Shown here: piece by piece, positions 24,491 through 39,400 of the stretch | How positions within the stretch are numbered: position 1 is the stretch's first letter | How the letters are laid out: each line of letters opens with the position of its first letter | Source: Ginglymostoma cirratum | Lineage: Eukaryota | Reading direction: 5' to 3' | Length of the DNA stretch: 64,000 bases | Assembly (NCBI GenBank): GCA_024137785.1 | Contig: JAHRHZ010000002.1 | Coordinates: 12,175,082 to 12,239,081 of the forward strand | The notes under the pieces: generated by a model | The model's input: only the letters and a program-made list of their open reading frames with translations | Database searches by the model: none | What the model was told of the DNA's origin: nothing | Made by a program: the position numbers and the translations under genes

Positions 24491-27400
24491 CTGCAATGAG
24501 GTGCAAAGCTGAATTAGGAGCAGGACATGAATATATGAGGGCCCAGACCTAAAGGGGCAAATTATATTACACCAGTCAGGAACTGTGCCTTAAATAACTT
24601 TTTTTTTCTAAATTTACCCTTTGCAAGTATAAACTGAGCCAATGCACTTGATCTGTAATCCTTAAAACCGTCCAACTCATGAAGTCAACAAGTGGCTAAC
24701 AACACATAGTCCTCATTCCTGGCCAACCAGATGACCACTATCAAGCACTAGCTAGTACAGCACGGGAACTCAGTGCACTCATGGAGGGTGGTAGTAGTGT
24801 GCCTATTGCTGGACTGAGACACCTCTGTTCAGGTCCCATCTACTCGAGTTACAGCACAGATACGTGGGCCCTACCTCTGAGCCATGAGGCCTGGATTCAC
24901 GTCCTACCTTCTCAAAAGGTGTATTTAACACATTTAAACAAGTTGATTAAAAATATTCACAGCACAAAACAGAATTATAACTCAGGATCTTTGTCTGGTG
25001 TCTTAAATATCTCAATTGGCCTTCACAAGATGTCCTGAAACTGAGCCATGGGAGATATTAAGGACTGGTATCTGTTGCTACCTATGATGAAACGATTATA
25101 TTTGAAAGAAAAGACATTAGGCATATCAACAATTTGGAAGAAGGTAGAATTTTGGGAGCTGTGTCGAATGAGAGATGGTTAGAAACAAAAAGTTGTAAGG
25201 CGGCAGGAATGTGCATCATTGAAAAGAAAAGTCAAACTGATGATATTTTAGTGAGAATTTGCACTACTCTTCAACAAGCTTCGCAGAAGACTATTTCCTG
25301 TGTGCTACAATTGAATGCCTGTCCTATTGATGAAAGAATAGCATGCACCCCAACATATCTCTAGATTCCAAGAGGTCAAATGGAGTGATTTAGTTTAAAT
25401 GGCTGCATGATGTACTACAGCAGAGGTTTCAATCCAAATAATTCACAATATAGGTGGATTAGGATTTCTCCATAACCCTTTCACCTTATACTTTTGTATC
25501 CCCTATGGCCCAGATCACTTACCATGATCCTTAGCATCTTGTATTGCTTTGGTCAACTTCTTGTACTGTTTCATACAAACACCTAGGACCACATAAGATG
25601 AAGTTATCAGTCAAACAGAATGAAATTAGATGGGTAAAAAGGAAACGTTTGGTTAAGACAATAAGAATTTATAATAGGGAAAGAGGAGAAAAGCTAAATG
25701 ATTACTTTGTGTCTGTTTTTACAGAGGAAGAGCCAAGAAATTTCCCAGAGCTAGAGATCCAGGTGGCTAGAGACAATGAGGTGTTAAGAGAATCAGCAAT
25801 GCTAAGATGATTATACTGAAGAAATTAATGAGTTTGAAAGTTGGTAAAACCCCCAAGCTGTAGACTGTCAAGTCCTGCGTGTTGAAGGACATGGCTAGAA
25901 TGATTTGTGGATTGCAAAGTAGGAAACGTCACCCCACTATTTAAAGGAGGAAGTAAAAGAAAACGGGGAACTATCGACCTAGGAGCCTTACGTCAGTAGT
26001 AGGGACATTCTAAAATGTATTATAAAAGGATGAACGATTTGAATGATAGTGATCTGATTTGGCACAGTCAGCATGGATTTGTGAATGTGAAATTGTGTTT
26101 GATGAACTTGGGAGCTTTTCTGAAGTTGTTACTAACAAAATTGATGGAATCCAATAGAGGTAGTAAACTTAGACTTTCAGAAGACTTTAGCAAAGGTTCC
26201 CTACAGGAAACTGTTCAGAAAAATTCAAACGGGAGATGGGATGAGATTATAGTGTTCTGGCATAATTAAATGGTTGGTTAACAGTCGGAATAAATAGGTC
26301 ATTCTCATGTTGGCAGGCTACAACTGGTGGGGTATCACAATGGGCCCCAGCTGTTCACAATAGATCTCAATCATCCAAATTTTTGGGTGCTACAAAGCTG
26401 AATAGGAATGTTGCAAAAAAGATAAACAGCTTCAGAAGGATTTAGTGAATAGACAAGAGCATGGCAAATGAAATATAATATGGAACCCAGGTGTACTTGT
26501 AAATAAATTACCAAAGGATAACATGCAAGTCCAGCAAGCCAATGGAAGGTTAACCTTTACTGTAAGAGGATCTTGAGTGAAGATTTGCTTCAATTTTATA
26601 GGAGCTTGGCTTGACTACACCTGCAGTGTGTATTTTTGATTTGTTAGCTCAGAAAAAAGATATTACTGCCATATTGGGATTGAGAAAAAGGTTCATCAGA
26701 CCTGTTCCTAAAATGTTAGGGCTGTCCCAAGAAGAGAGTGATCAAACTGGGTTTGCATGCGAGAATTTCAAAAAAATGAGAAAGGTGACCCGATGGGTTC
26801 ACAACTTTCCCATAATGTGGGGCCCATAACTGGACACTATACTCCAACTGGGGTGTAACACGGGTCTTCTACAAGTTCAGCATCACCTCCTTGCTCCTGT
26901 ACTCTGTGCCCCTGTTAATAAAGCTGAGGGCACTGTGTGCTTTATTCACTGCTCTCTCTCTACCTGTCCTGTCACCTTCAGTGATCTGTGCTCATATACC
27001 CCCAGCTCCTTCCGCACCCCCTTTAGAATTATACCCATCCTATTTTATATTGTCTCTCCATTGTCTGCTGTTCTTCCTACCCTAGTGCTATTGAAAAGGC
27101 AGTTTCCCTTTTAGCACAACTAGGTTTGTCTCCTTTAGTGACTGCTTGGACACGTCGAACACTCCCAGGACAGGCACAGCACGGGGTTAGATACAGAGTA
27201 AAGTTCTCTCTACACTGTCCCCCATCAACACTCCCAGGGACAGGGACAGCATGGGGTTAGATACAGAGTAAAGCTGCCTCTACACTGTCTCCTATCAAAC
27301 ACTCCCAAGTAAGGGACAGCACAGTGTTAGATACAGTGTAAAGCTACCTCTACACTGTCCCTCCCAGGGACAGGGACTGGTGAGCCTGCATTGATAGTTA

Positions 27401-30400
27401 CAAACCACGCGAGGTTCCTTTTCCGTCTCTCCCCCAGGGAATAAAGTGGTTTGATGCTTGGAAGGCCGTCCTGGAAGTGTTGGTACAGAGAGGGCTTTTC
27501 AGGGAGGTGAAGGATAATCCGATGGTGGTACCAGTCTGTAGGTACGGAGTTCACACCAGCCTTAAACCCTGCAGGCCTTTCACCTCCCCGAAACCCTCTG
27601 CGTTTATAAAGCGACGTACCTGGGCTGTATTTTAAAAAAAAAAAAAATCATTTGGCATGCGGCACTTCACTGCCGACCAGGATTTTGGTTTTTTTATTTA
27701 ATTCCCTGCTGGATGAATGGAGCTGGGTATTCCGCCTGGACATCACTTACCTGGAATTCTGTGTCTCTGTTCACGCAGAGTGGTGGGCGCGTGGAATGCG
27801 CTGCCAGCAGTGATAGTGGAGTCAGATACTTTAGAGTCTTTTAAGCGACTCTTGCATAGGCACATGGAGGATAGTAAAATGTAGGATATGCAGGATAGTT
27901 TGATCTTAGTGGGATAATAGGTCGGCATAACATCGTGGGCCGAAGGGCCTGTACTGTGCTGTACTGTTCTATGAAACCTACAAAGTATTTAAAGTGAGAC
28001 AAGGTAGATGCAACAGGGGCACAATTCAAAAACAAAAGGGGGAATGCCGTTTAGGTCCGAGGTGAGGAGGAATTGTCTTACATGTGAGTTGTGAGCCTTG
28101 AATTCTCTAACTCAGAGGGCTGTGGTAACTTAGCCTGTGGGTATGTTTAAAGATAGAGATTTCTATTTACCGGTGGAAACACCATAATAGGGATGGGATG
28201 GGTAAAAGCCACTGAAGTGTTTGCAGTCGAGACTGTACTCAATAGTGGGGCAGGCTCAACAGTCTGAATGGCTTACTCCTGTTTTCCTTCAAGTACAGGG
28301 TCAGAGCAGTGCCGCAGCTCAACCCAGAGGGAGAAATAATGGTAACTGATCTCAGTTAGAAACTACTCCTAATCCATAGCTAAGATCATTAAAAATCAAC
28401 CACTGAAACTTTGACTTTCTGGTCTGTCAGGTTCAACCATAAGCCAGATACCTCATTTGAACAGCAAACAGACTGTATTTGCTATGTATTTCACTCGTGA
28501 GAACACATTTTGTTTAAGTTTCAAATTTCTGTGTATTAGAAGTAACAAAGAAGTGGTAAATCTGATTCTTACCAGTTCTGGTCGGATGATATATGGTACC
28601 AGTGTGAGGACAAATGAATTGTTCCAGCAGTTTCACATTCTGTAGGAAATGAAACCCACAGAGTCAATGAGCACTGGATGATCTAGACAACCTAACTCAA
28701 CATAAGCTCTGCCCTGCTGTAGTGCTATCAATTATATACTACCATAAATCCTGAATTACATGGAAGATACAGAACAGCAACAGGACACTCAGTCCACCAG
28801 AGTGTGCTGGTGCTTAGCTGTCAAGTATCTTCTGCCAATTCCACCCATCAGTAAATCTCCCTATTCCTTTTTCTCTCATGTAAGTGCTCTCAATAGGAAT
28901 ATACGATTCAGATCAACCATTTTTTGTCGTAGCAAGTTCCAAGTTCTAACCATCTTCTAGATGTAGAAATTTCTAATTTCCCCTCTTGGACTGATCAGTA
29001 ACAATCTTGTATTGGATTCTGTCACAATTAGGAATATTCTTTCCATGTCAACTTTGTCTAACACTTCTAGGAGACCTCCATCAGGTCACTTCCCCGTCTT
29101 CTCTTTTCCAAAGAGAAGGTTCAACTTGTCACTTCTCTCAATAGCTCTAATCACCAATAATTTAGCAAGTCTAGTACAGGTGAAAAACCATTATATCAAA
29201 GAACAGCCATCAGAAAACAGCTAAAAATCAAAAATGATGCAGAGAAAATAACTTTCAAACTTTGGTCTGGACTTCTGATTTGTGGAATTTTATTTGCCCT
29301 TTGATATGCTTTCATCTGTACTGTCAACTAATTTATCTTAAACGTGAGTGCGTGTGCATGCACGCACGCATTTGGCACTTTTGAAGGAGTGTAAGCTGCA
29401 TAGTCGTAGATTCTCTGTAATTTGCTAAAATTAATTGTTTATAATAAATGGAGTTATTTTCTGTTAATGACAAAATCTGGTGTGAACTGTACTAAATAGC
29501 AGCGCCTCAGCTAAATTTGAAATTTATAGATTTTTGGGATGGCCTGTGGATTATTGGCACACTCTTCACAGTTAAGTCGTGCCAACAGCAAATTTCTTGG
29601 AAGTTCAATAACAAGGAGATTATCAGGACAGGTGACTGAAAGCTTGATCAAAGGGTTATATTTTAACTCACTTCTTAAAACTTAGACAGAGAGTTTAGAG
29701 TGTTCATGGATTGAATTCCAGAGCACGAGGCCAAGGCAATTGAAGGCACAGGCCCTAATGATACGGAGTTAAGGGGTACCCAAGAGATCAGCATTGGAGG
29801 GAGAGAGATCGCAGAAGGTTGGAGGCAATTGCAGATACAGGGAATGGTGAGGCTTGGAGAGACATGAACCTTTAGGTGAGAATTTTGTGTGATGCCAAGT
29901 GTGAATTTTTATAGAATTATTGTCAAGGAGTCAACAGCACTGGCAAAACCAGCATTTATTGCCCAGCCCTTGAGCAGATGGTCATGAGAAACATTCTCAG
30001 TTGTGTAGCCGCTTTAGGGTTCTGCGCATAACAATCGATGTCAGCACGGTGAGTGCAGCATTAATTTCCAGTTCCAAAGTCTCCGCTGAACATAAACGTC
30101 ACAGCCCACGCAGCAGGAAAGAAAATTAGAGGTGATGAGCCTTGCTAGGCCTTTCAGACAGCAGTTCAGAGTCACACTGTTGAGAATCTGGTGTCACATG
30201 TATGCTACATTGGCTAAGGACAGCAGACTCCTTCCACAAATGCCCAGGTGTTTTTTCATATCTATCTAGCAGTTTAATAATCTATTTATAAGACTAGCAT
30301 TTTATTCCAGATTTATTAATTATATTTAAATTCCTCCATCTCTATGGCAGGATTTGAACTCATGACTCCCGACCATTCAGCTGGGCTTCTAAATTACTCG

Positions 30401-33400
30401 TCTACTGACATTACCATAATGCCACACATTTCCCCCGGAGGGCAGTCAGTATTAAAATTTATCACTGTGAAAACCTTGCTTTTCAACAAATAAATGTTCT
30501 TCATGCAGGCCTTTGACAAGGTTCCGTGTGGAAGACTCGACAGTAAAGTTAGATCACATGGGATCCAGGGAGAGATTGCCAATTGGATACAAAATTAGCT
30601 TGACTGCAGGAGATAGAGGGTAGTGGTGGTAGCTAGTTGTTTTTCGGATTGGAGGCCTGTGACCAATGGTGTTCCGCAGAGACTGGAATTGGGTCTACTG
30701 TTGCTGGTTATTTATATGAACAGTTAGGATGAGAATTTAGAAAGCACGGCAAGTAAGCTTGTGGATGATACCAAAATTGGTGGTATAGTGAAAGAGGTTA
30801 TCTGAGAATATAACAGGATCGCAACCAACTGGGCCAAGGAATGGCAGGTGGAGTTTAATTTAAATAAATGCAAGGTAGTGCATTTTGATAAGACGAACAT
30901 CAGCAGGACTTACACAAGACTTCATGGTAAGGCCCTGGGGAGCGCTGTCGAACAGAGAGACCTAGGAGTTTAGGAACACAGTTCTTTTAAAGTGGAGTCA
31001 CGGGTAGACAGGATGGTGAAGGCGGCATTTGGCATGCTTGCCTTCATTGATTAGAATATGGAGTATAGGAGTTGGAACATCATGTTGCGATAATACAGAT
31101 ATTAAGTAAGGCCACTTTTGGAGTACTTTGTATAGTTTTGGCCGCCCTGCTAGAGGAATGATATTATTAAATTGAAAAGAGTGCAGAAAAGATTTACCAG
31201 GATGTCACTGGGACTGGAGGGTTTGAATTAAAAGGAGACGCTGGATAGGCTGAGACTTTTTTTCTTTCAGGAGTGGAGAAGGTTGAGGGGTGACCTTACA
31301 GAGGTTTATAAAATCATGAGGAGCATAGATAAGGTGAATAGCAAAGGTCATTTCCCTAGGGTGGGGGGAGTTCAAAACTAAATGGCATAATTTTAAGGTG
31401 AGACTAGAAAGATTGTAAAGGGACCTGAGGGGTTTTCACACAAAGGGTGGCTCATATGTGGAATGAGCTGCCAGCCGAAGTGGTAGATTCAGGTATAGTT
31501 ACAACATTTGAATAAACATTTGGACAGTTACACAAATAGGAAAGGGTTAGAAGTATATGGTACAAATGCAGACAAATGGATCTAGTTTAGCTTGGTAAAC
31601 ATGGTCAGTATGGATGAGTTTCTGTTTCTATCCTGTGTAACTCCATGCATAAAAGGAGTTTGCAAACTTTACTTGGTCAACTGGTCCACTCCAAAAGCCC
31701 ATCAAATCTAGCCTAGCAAGTCATAGCCATTTACTTGAAGCCCCAACCACCCACTTTTCAGGGAAACGTGGAAAAAAGAAAGAGTTGTAAATGCAGACTT
31801 GCAAGAGTCAGCCATATTGTCTGAATCAAAATATGCAGGCATTTGTCCGAAACGAAAATGCTCACCCTGTGGTCGACCTGAATCTTTGGATCTCGACATA
31901 TGGGGCAAGGATTACCACTGATCTTGTCACCTCTCTGCAGAAGAGGAAAAGTAATTTGTTAAAATGGTTCGATTTTAAAATGCAGCAGGGAGAGGGGAAC
32001 AGAGCTGGCAACTTACATGCACAAACCTTTTCAGACAAAAGGTTGCAAACACGAGTGGTGCAGAATTACACAGGCTCTAAAGCACAAAAACATGCTATAC
32101 TGACACGAAAACAAAACATTCTAGATGCTGGAAAAGTGAAATAAAAACTGAAAGTTTGCAAGAACTCAGCAGGTCAAACATCTTCTGGAGAAACAGAATT
32201 AGCATTTCAGGGCAGAATGAACCTGCTCAATATCAATGCTACACCCTTTGACAGCTGCCATGCAAACTGAAGAAAACAATGATGCATTTTCATTTCAAAT
32301 ACTAGTCTCTTCCATAGCTACATAATGCAATGTGATTCTTTCCCCATATCTTAAACTGCTAGAAACCTTCCTGATCAAATTAAATATTAGTTCAATATAT
32401 CTATTAGTGTACCAGATTTGTCATTGGTGTCTCCAGGGTTAAATTTGACTATTCAACATGGTCTCCAATAAGACAGCAGATACAAATGAATTTGTTTTTG
32501 GTCTTGTGTCCTTTCTTTTATCATAAGATAAATGTGTAAGTAGTCCCACAACAGTAGAAACTTCAAATGATTATTTCAAAATATTGCATCCCTTTTCGAC
32601 AGAAGGGACTAAAATGGGGACTTGTGCAGTGTCATAGGTTAAACACTGCAGTCCTTCTATCTGCTCTGCATTGGTAATAAACTTTTCTTGAAAAAATAGG
32701 GGCGGCACGGTGGCTCAGTGGTTAGCACTGCTGCCTCACAGCGCCAGGGACCCAGGTTTGATTCCAGCCTCGGGTGTCTGTCTGTGTGGAGTTTGCACAT
32801 TCTCCCCGTGTCTGCGTGGGTTTCCTCCGGGTGCTCCGGTTTCCTCCCACAGTCCAAAGATGTGCAGGTTAGGTGGATTGGCCATGCTAAATTGCCCATA
32901 GTGTTCAGGGAGGTGGAGGTTAGGTGGGTCTGGGTGGGATGCTCTGAGGTTCGGTGTGGACTTGTTGGGCCGAAGGGCCTGTTTCCACACTGTAGGGGAT
33001 TCTAATATTTTCAGCGTTTTCTGTTTTGACTCCAGATACAGGCCACTTAGTCCATGAGAAGTCATTTACACTTCAAGCATACTTCCTTCCACCTCCTGTC
33101 CATCTAACTCCAAGTTGTGAAGGCTGTTAAAATATCACACAGCATCCTTGGTTTCAATAATAAAGTAATCAAACACAAAAGTTTTGAGGGTATAATCATC
33201 TTTTCACCCAATACCATCACTTTCATTGTACAGCATTTCTGCACACCACACCTGTAGGAAGGCCTTGGAGAGGATGCAGAGGATAGACTGGAACATACAA
33301 AAGGATAGGGGACATCAGTGCACGTGGGGGGGGGGGGGAGAGAAGCTGAGAGTTTTCTCAAGGAAGGCGAAAGTGGAACTTAAAAGGAACCTGTCCAAAA

Positions 33401-36400
33401 TCATAGGGGACTTTGACAGTGAATAATGATGACAAAAAAAGGCAAAAGAACATAGCTTGGAGGCAGAGGAGGCTGCTTGTTTAAACCACAGTAAATTGTG
33501 TCAGAGAACAGATTAACAATAATTTTCAAAAGAAGAGGAACTAGACAAACAATCACAGTGGGAGAAACTTGTATGTCTACAATCTTCATTCCAACCTGAA
33601 ATAGCAACTCTGCAATTCTTTTGTGTTTTTATTTCAAGCCCCCATTGCCCTCCAGTTACATTCTTCCTAATCTGTACCACTGTTCCATTTATCAGCTTTT
33701 TCTTCACATACTTCAACACCCTTAATAAAAATTTACTAATCTCTGTCTCAAATATTTAAGTTCACTCCATTGCCTTTTCGGCCACTAGTTCCCAACTTTC
33801 ATTCCTCTTTTACATCAAAAGGAACTTTCTGAACCACATAGTTTGAATTTTAAGGTCATGCCTCCTGTGTTCTTGATCTGCCCACTCATGAAGTCAACTT
33901 CTCTGTACTTAATCTATCTGTTCGCAGCACTCAAGACAGGTGGGTTAGTAAGAATAAAAAAAACCCCTACAAAACCTCAAACTAAACAGCCCTACTATGA
34001 GCACGTTGAACTTACAATGCAGGTTTTCCGGGTCTTCTGAGGTGGGATGCCACCTTTGTGGTTCCTCCGATAGTCAGCCCAGACTGGCTGTTTTCCATAA
34101 CGCTCAATGTATTCTGCAACATGACACAGAAAGAGACGGAGGGAAAATTAAAGCCAAGGGACTGCATCCTTGAATCACTATCTTTCAGCAAAAGAATTTT
34201 GATTTCTGGATTTGCCATTAAAAATCTACAATTCACAAGCACAACTTCCACACGACGCGGCCAGCAAGTCTACAAGTTGTTATGCAAAGTGCCAGAGCAT
34301 AATAAAGGCCACAATCTCCATCTGAGCTCTCAGCCCAGGTTAACTCAACCACTGTTATGTGGATTAGTGCCTCAAAATTAGTTGTTGCGAGTCGGGAAGG
34401 TGCGTGGTGGGGTTCAAAGTTGCCAAATCTGGAGCTTTCACATTCACCTAGACTATCCTCTGCCATCGGTTGCCTGACACATCTATCCTCAGGGAGCACG
34501 GCCAATCAAACTGAGCCAAGTTTCCTGATACCCGATTGAATGAGTCTTAACAGTCAGTCAAACATCCCTCTTCCCGCACCCCAACATAGATCCTGCAATA
34601 GCTAACGAAAGTGACAAAAATCAATGGAACAAGTGACCTGGAGCATCATCTTGGAAAATTGAGGACCATTCTTTATGGTTGAAAACACGTCATTAGTTCT
34701 GGGTTTGTAAAAGCTGAATGACGATACAAATCAGGGGTGTTCTAAAAGTTGACAAGAGGAGTAAATCTGGGCTATGACCCATTTGTTCAACAACTTCTTA
34801 TGAAACTCCACTGGTGTTGGGGGGGGGGGGGCGGTCACGAAGAGTAACAACCAAGCCCATTCACCACTCCTCTTCACGCCCACTTTCCGACCAAAGCCCT
34901 GGGTGGGATTATGACCCTAGCAGGAATGCTGTATTCTGTGAAGCAAGCATGAATCACCTGACTGATTACCCCATCTAGTAGTGGAGAAAAGGGCAAAGGA
35001 CAGAGTCTGACTCACTGCCCCACCAGTCCCAGAGGGGAAGAAAGGATAGTGTCTGACCTTCTGTCCCAGCTAATCCCTCGCTGTCCAACATTTTCTTAAC
35101 ACTCTTACACCTGATCAGAGATCCACCAGACTAGCAGAAAGAAAAATTAAAGTTCTAAATAGCCATAATCATTGAATCTCCTTGATGTTCAAATGCTCAG
35201 TCACTGAGTGGTCAGCACAAATAAAATGAATCAGAATGCAACCATTTTAAAAGGCTATGGTTAATGTCACAAAGTCATCAATCATATGCAGAACTAACTC
35301 CAGGCCAGAAATGATCAGACATATCTGGAGGTGCAGAGTGTGCATGTCAAAGAGACAGCCTAGCTACCCATACTTCTTTAAGTAACACCCCACAATGAGC
35401 CAGGGTGAAGCATATCCTGCAACCAGCTCTCTCAGTAACTGGGCAACAATTTCATCAACATCAAGTTCTCTGCCCACATTCACACATTTAAGAAAGCCCT
35501 CATATTTTACTTAAATATCATAGGTCATTCTGGTTACAAAGAGTGATCAGCACAGCCTGAGATGGCTTGCAAGAGACCCACAGTGTGAACAAATTGCTGC
35601 AAATCATTCTGCATCACTGAGCAGTTTTTGTCTGTTCACAGTGACGGAGCCAGTATGGAGCATGACTCGTTGTTTAAATATGCAGCAAACACCTTCGCTC
35701 TGCAGATATTCCCAAGGGCGCTCCTTGTAGCGAGAGATGAGGTCGAAAGTAGTCTGGTCTGATCCAGTACTGAACGGCTGGTGAACTGGTTGCAGCACCT
35801 TCTGCTGTGGAATTGCACTCTGCAGGTGAGGGAAAAACAAAACAGTGAAATTAAGTCACTGCAACACAAAATCCTATCCTGGATGACACTCCTACCTCTT
35901 TGTTCACGGCCTCTTGCATCGTCTCAACGGTGCTGAATAGAAGCTTGATAGACAGTACATCATCTTTCAACAAGGACTCTTCACAAACTCCCCGACAAAA
36001 ATTAATACAAACTATTCTAGATCATATCCAACCTCTCCTTATTCTTTCTAAGACAACTGTTGTTGGTAATGGTTCTGCAGTTACAATATACAGCTCCTCC
36101 AGAACCACCAGTCCAACTAATATATGCCGATCATGTTCCCAAACAAAACTAGTCCCATCTGCCCGCGTTTGGCCCATATATGCCTCCAAACATAGAACAC
36201 GGGGCCTGTACTGTGCTGTCCCGTCCTTCGGCCCACGATGTCGTGCGAACTTTTACCCTAAACCTAAGGTCTATCTAACCTCCACCCCTACGTTATACTA
36301 TCATCCATATGCCTATCTAATAGTCACTTAAATGCCCCTAATGGGGCCGACTCCACTACCGTCCCCGGCAATGCATTCCACGCCACTACCACTCTCTGAG

Positions 36401-39400
36401 TAAAGAACCTACCTCTGACTTCTCCCGTATATCTATCTCCACTCACTTTAAAACTATGCCCCCTTGTAATAGCTACCTCCACCCTAGAAAAAAGTCTCTG
36501 GCTGTCTACTCTATCTATACCTCTTTTGAACACCTCTATCAAGTCACCTCTCATCCTTCATTGTTCTAAAGAGAAAAGCCCTAGCTCTCTCAACCTTTCC
36601 TCGTAAGACCTTCCCTCCATTCCAAGGAACATCCTTGTAAATCTCCGCTACACCTTTTCCAATGCTTCCACATCTTTCCCGTAATGAGGCGACCAGAACC
36701 GGACACAATACTCCAGATGTGGCCGAACCAGGGCTTTCCTATTCATGTACTTACAGATGTTAAAGATCTACTGGGACCTCGTGGGGGGGGCGCAGCCAGC
36801 CTGGCATGGACAGTTTGAACTTGTTTTTGGTTTTGGGACAGAGGTCTGATTGTTCCTGGCTGTCCTCTCATTATCAATTTATTGAAAATTTGGAGAATAG
36901 AATTTATAAGAATTAAGTGGCTCTTCCTTGGAACCTGTTGGAAGATATTTGCATGTATTGATGCTGTCAAACCAAGCAAGGTACATGTGCTGGTGACGCT
37001 ACAGGTTGTAGAGACTGCTTAAGTGAACTGACCAGTTACATTCCACTTAATTTTTCATTTTTGATTTATCCCTAATTTCTTTGTGAGCAAGGGCTAGAAT
37101 TAAATACGTTTGAGTTGAAATTATTGACATTGATTAGATTAGTTTATTGATTAACTTTTCTCTGCTAAAATTGCTGTATTATTAATAAATTGCTAAATCT
37201 TTTGTTTAACCTATAAACTGGTGTCTTGTACCGGTTATTCACAAAGTCTGGTTTGGAACTATTGGACTCAGTTCAGAAGGTCATTAATATTTTAATTTTA
37301 CTGTGTTGTGAATACAGGGATAGCCAGGCTGGTTTGATTTTGCTGTCTATCTCTGTTGTAACGCTTGAGACTGATGACAAAGGAAGAGGAAAGGTAATGA
37401 ACTGTAAAAATGGATTAGCCAGAGGACAGGAGATGCAATAACCGTGAAAGATAAAAAGCCAGCGTGTAGGTACAGCCAAGTTTGGATGCAGGGCCTTGCT
37501 CACAAAATTGCTCAAGGAATCTTCAGATTGGACTCACCCAGAAAATTTAGGAAACACTATCACTCTGTTCTATTACTCTAATGCACTTTGGAAAGTATGA
37601 TCTGCCTGTACCATGTGCAAAACTTTTCACTGTACCTAGGTAGATGTGGCAGTGATAAATAAAATCATTTCTGTTCAACAAAAAAAAAAAAAAAATCACT
37701 CCAAACTATTCATATAATGGTTGGTGGATAGGAAGTAGCTCCCATAGTTAATGTGCCATTTTATAAAGAGAGCAGAGCTGTGGGATAGGAGGCCAGATCC
37801 CGCATCAAGTAACCGATTGCATCCCAACTGACAGAGGCTCGTCATTGACTATGTGGAAACCAGTTATTACTGGTGGCTCAGAATGATTCAGACAAGGACA
37901 CTGCAGGCTGCTCACAAATCTACATTCAGTAGTGAGCTGAATGCGCTGTTGGTACTCTCTACAAGTCTGCAATAACAAAGATCTGCATGAGTACGAGGAC
38001 CCCATTTAAAATATTTGTTTCGGGGATGCTAGTGTTGATTGCTCATCCCTATTTTCTTGAGAAGGTGGTGGTGATGTATCTTCATGAACCACTGCAGTCC
38101 ATGTGTTGTACGTATGCTCACAATGCTATTGGGAAGGGAATTCCAGAGTTTTGATTCGGTCACCATGAAGGAAATGTGATTATAGCTCCGAGGGATGCTC
38201 TGTGACCTGGAAAGGAACTTGCAGGTGATGATGTTCTCACATATTCGCTGTCCTTGTCCTTCTGGTTGTAGAGCCAATTTAGAAGATGCTGTCAAAGTGA
38301 GTTGCAGTCGTGCATCTTGTAGTTGATGAGGAGTGAAGGAAGTGAACATCTAAGGTGGTAAATGGGTTGATCAAGTGGCTGCTTTGGCTTGGATAGTGTC
38401 AGGTTTCTTGAGTGTTGTTGGACATGCATCAGCCTGGTGGAGAGTATTCTTTTACAGTCCTGACTTGTGCTTTGTAGATGGTGGTTAGGTTTTAGGGAGT
38501 CAGGAAGTGAGTTACTCACTGCAGGATTCCCAGCCTCTGAATTCCTCTGATAGCCACGCTATTGATATGGCAAGTCCAGCTTAGCTTCTGGTCAATTGTA
38601 TTCCCCCAAGATATTGGCAGTGCTGGGAAGTATTTGTGGTGGCAGGACAGAGAGAGAGAGAGAAGGTGGGGTTAGCGATAGTAATTGCATTGAATGTCAA
38701 TGTTAGATGATAATATTCTCTCCTGTTCGAGGCGATCATTACCTGACACGCTGTTCCATGAATGATGCATGCCAAAAGTTACCACAAAATGAGTTACCCA
38801 ATTTAACCATCAAGACAATCAATTCAACCGATTGACTGCTAATCCGAACGTGAGCAATCCAGATCAGGTTTTGTCATCAACAGAAAATGACTCCACCTAC
38901 TGTAAATAAAATTAACTTTCTAAATGGCAGAGAAGAATAAATGATCTCTAAACTGCTACTATACAACTTAAACTATATAAAAACCAGAAGAACTGTGGAT
39001 GCTGTAAATCAGGAACAAAAACAAAGTTGCTGGAAAAGCTCAGCAGGTCTGGCAGCATCTGAAGATGTTCTGAGGAAGGGTCACCGGACCCAAAACGTTA
39101 ACCCTGTTTTCTCCTTCACAGATGCTGCCAGACCTGCTGAGCTTTGCCAGCAACTTTGTTTTTGTTCACAACTTAAACTCTACCCACTTTGAAAACATCT
39201 AAATAGCCATAAAATAGACAGAGATGCTTTCTTTTAGCTGGGTGCAGATGTCTTTGCTATTCTACATTTACACATCTGTAACAAACTGCAGCTGGACCAA
39301 TCTGCGGGAGGTTGTCAGGCTGTTTTCTTCTAACTCAAGAACTAGTGGTGGCACCCTGACTCAATAATGTGATGATCACCTCACCCCAAAAACAACACTA

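Noticed and set aside
27158-27378. Regularly spaced repeats as a CRISPR array
   Set aside because: The whole unit repeats with no unique spacers, the context is vertebrate, and there are no cas genes.
29345-29371. Alternating purine-pyrimidine palindrome tgcgtgtgcatgcacgcacgca
   Set aside because: Short degenerate microsatellite, common in vertebrate DNA.
32699-32775. tRNA gene
   Set aside because: A/B boxes run straight into a SINE V-domain and LINE tail, so this is a SINE head. The overlapping ORFs at 32657-33065 are SINE-derived noise.
36758-37362. Possible solo LTR (TGTT...aataaa...tgtaac)
   Set aside because: The terminal CA is imperfect, there is no matching TSD, and there is no second copy to compare.
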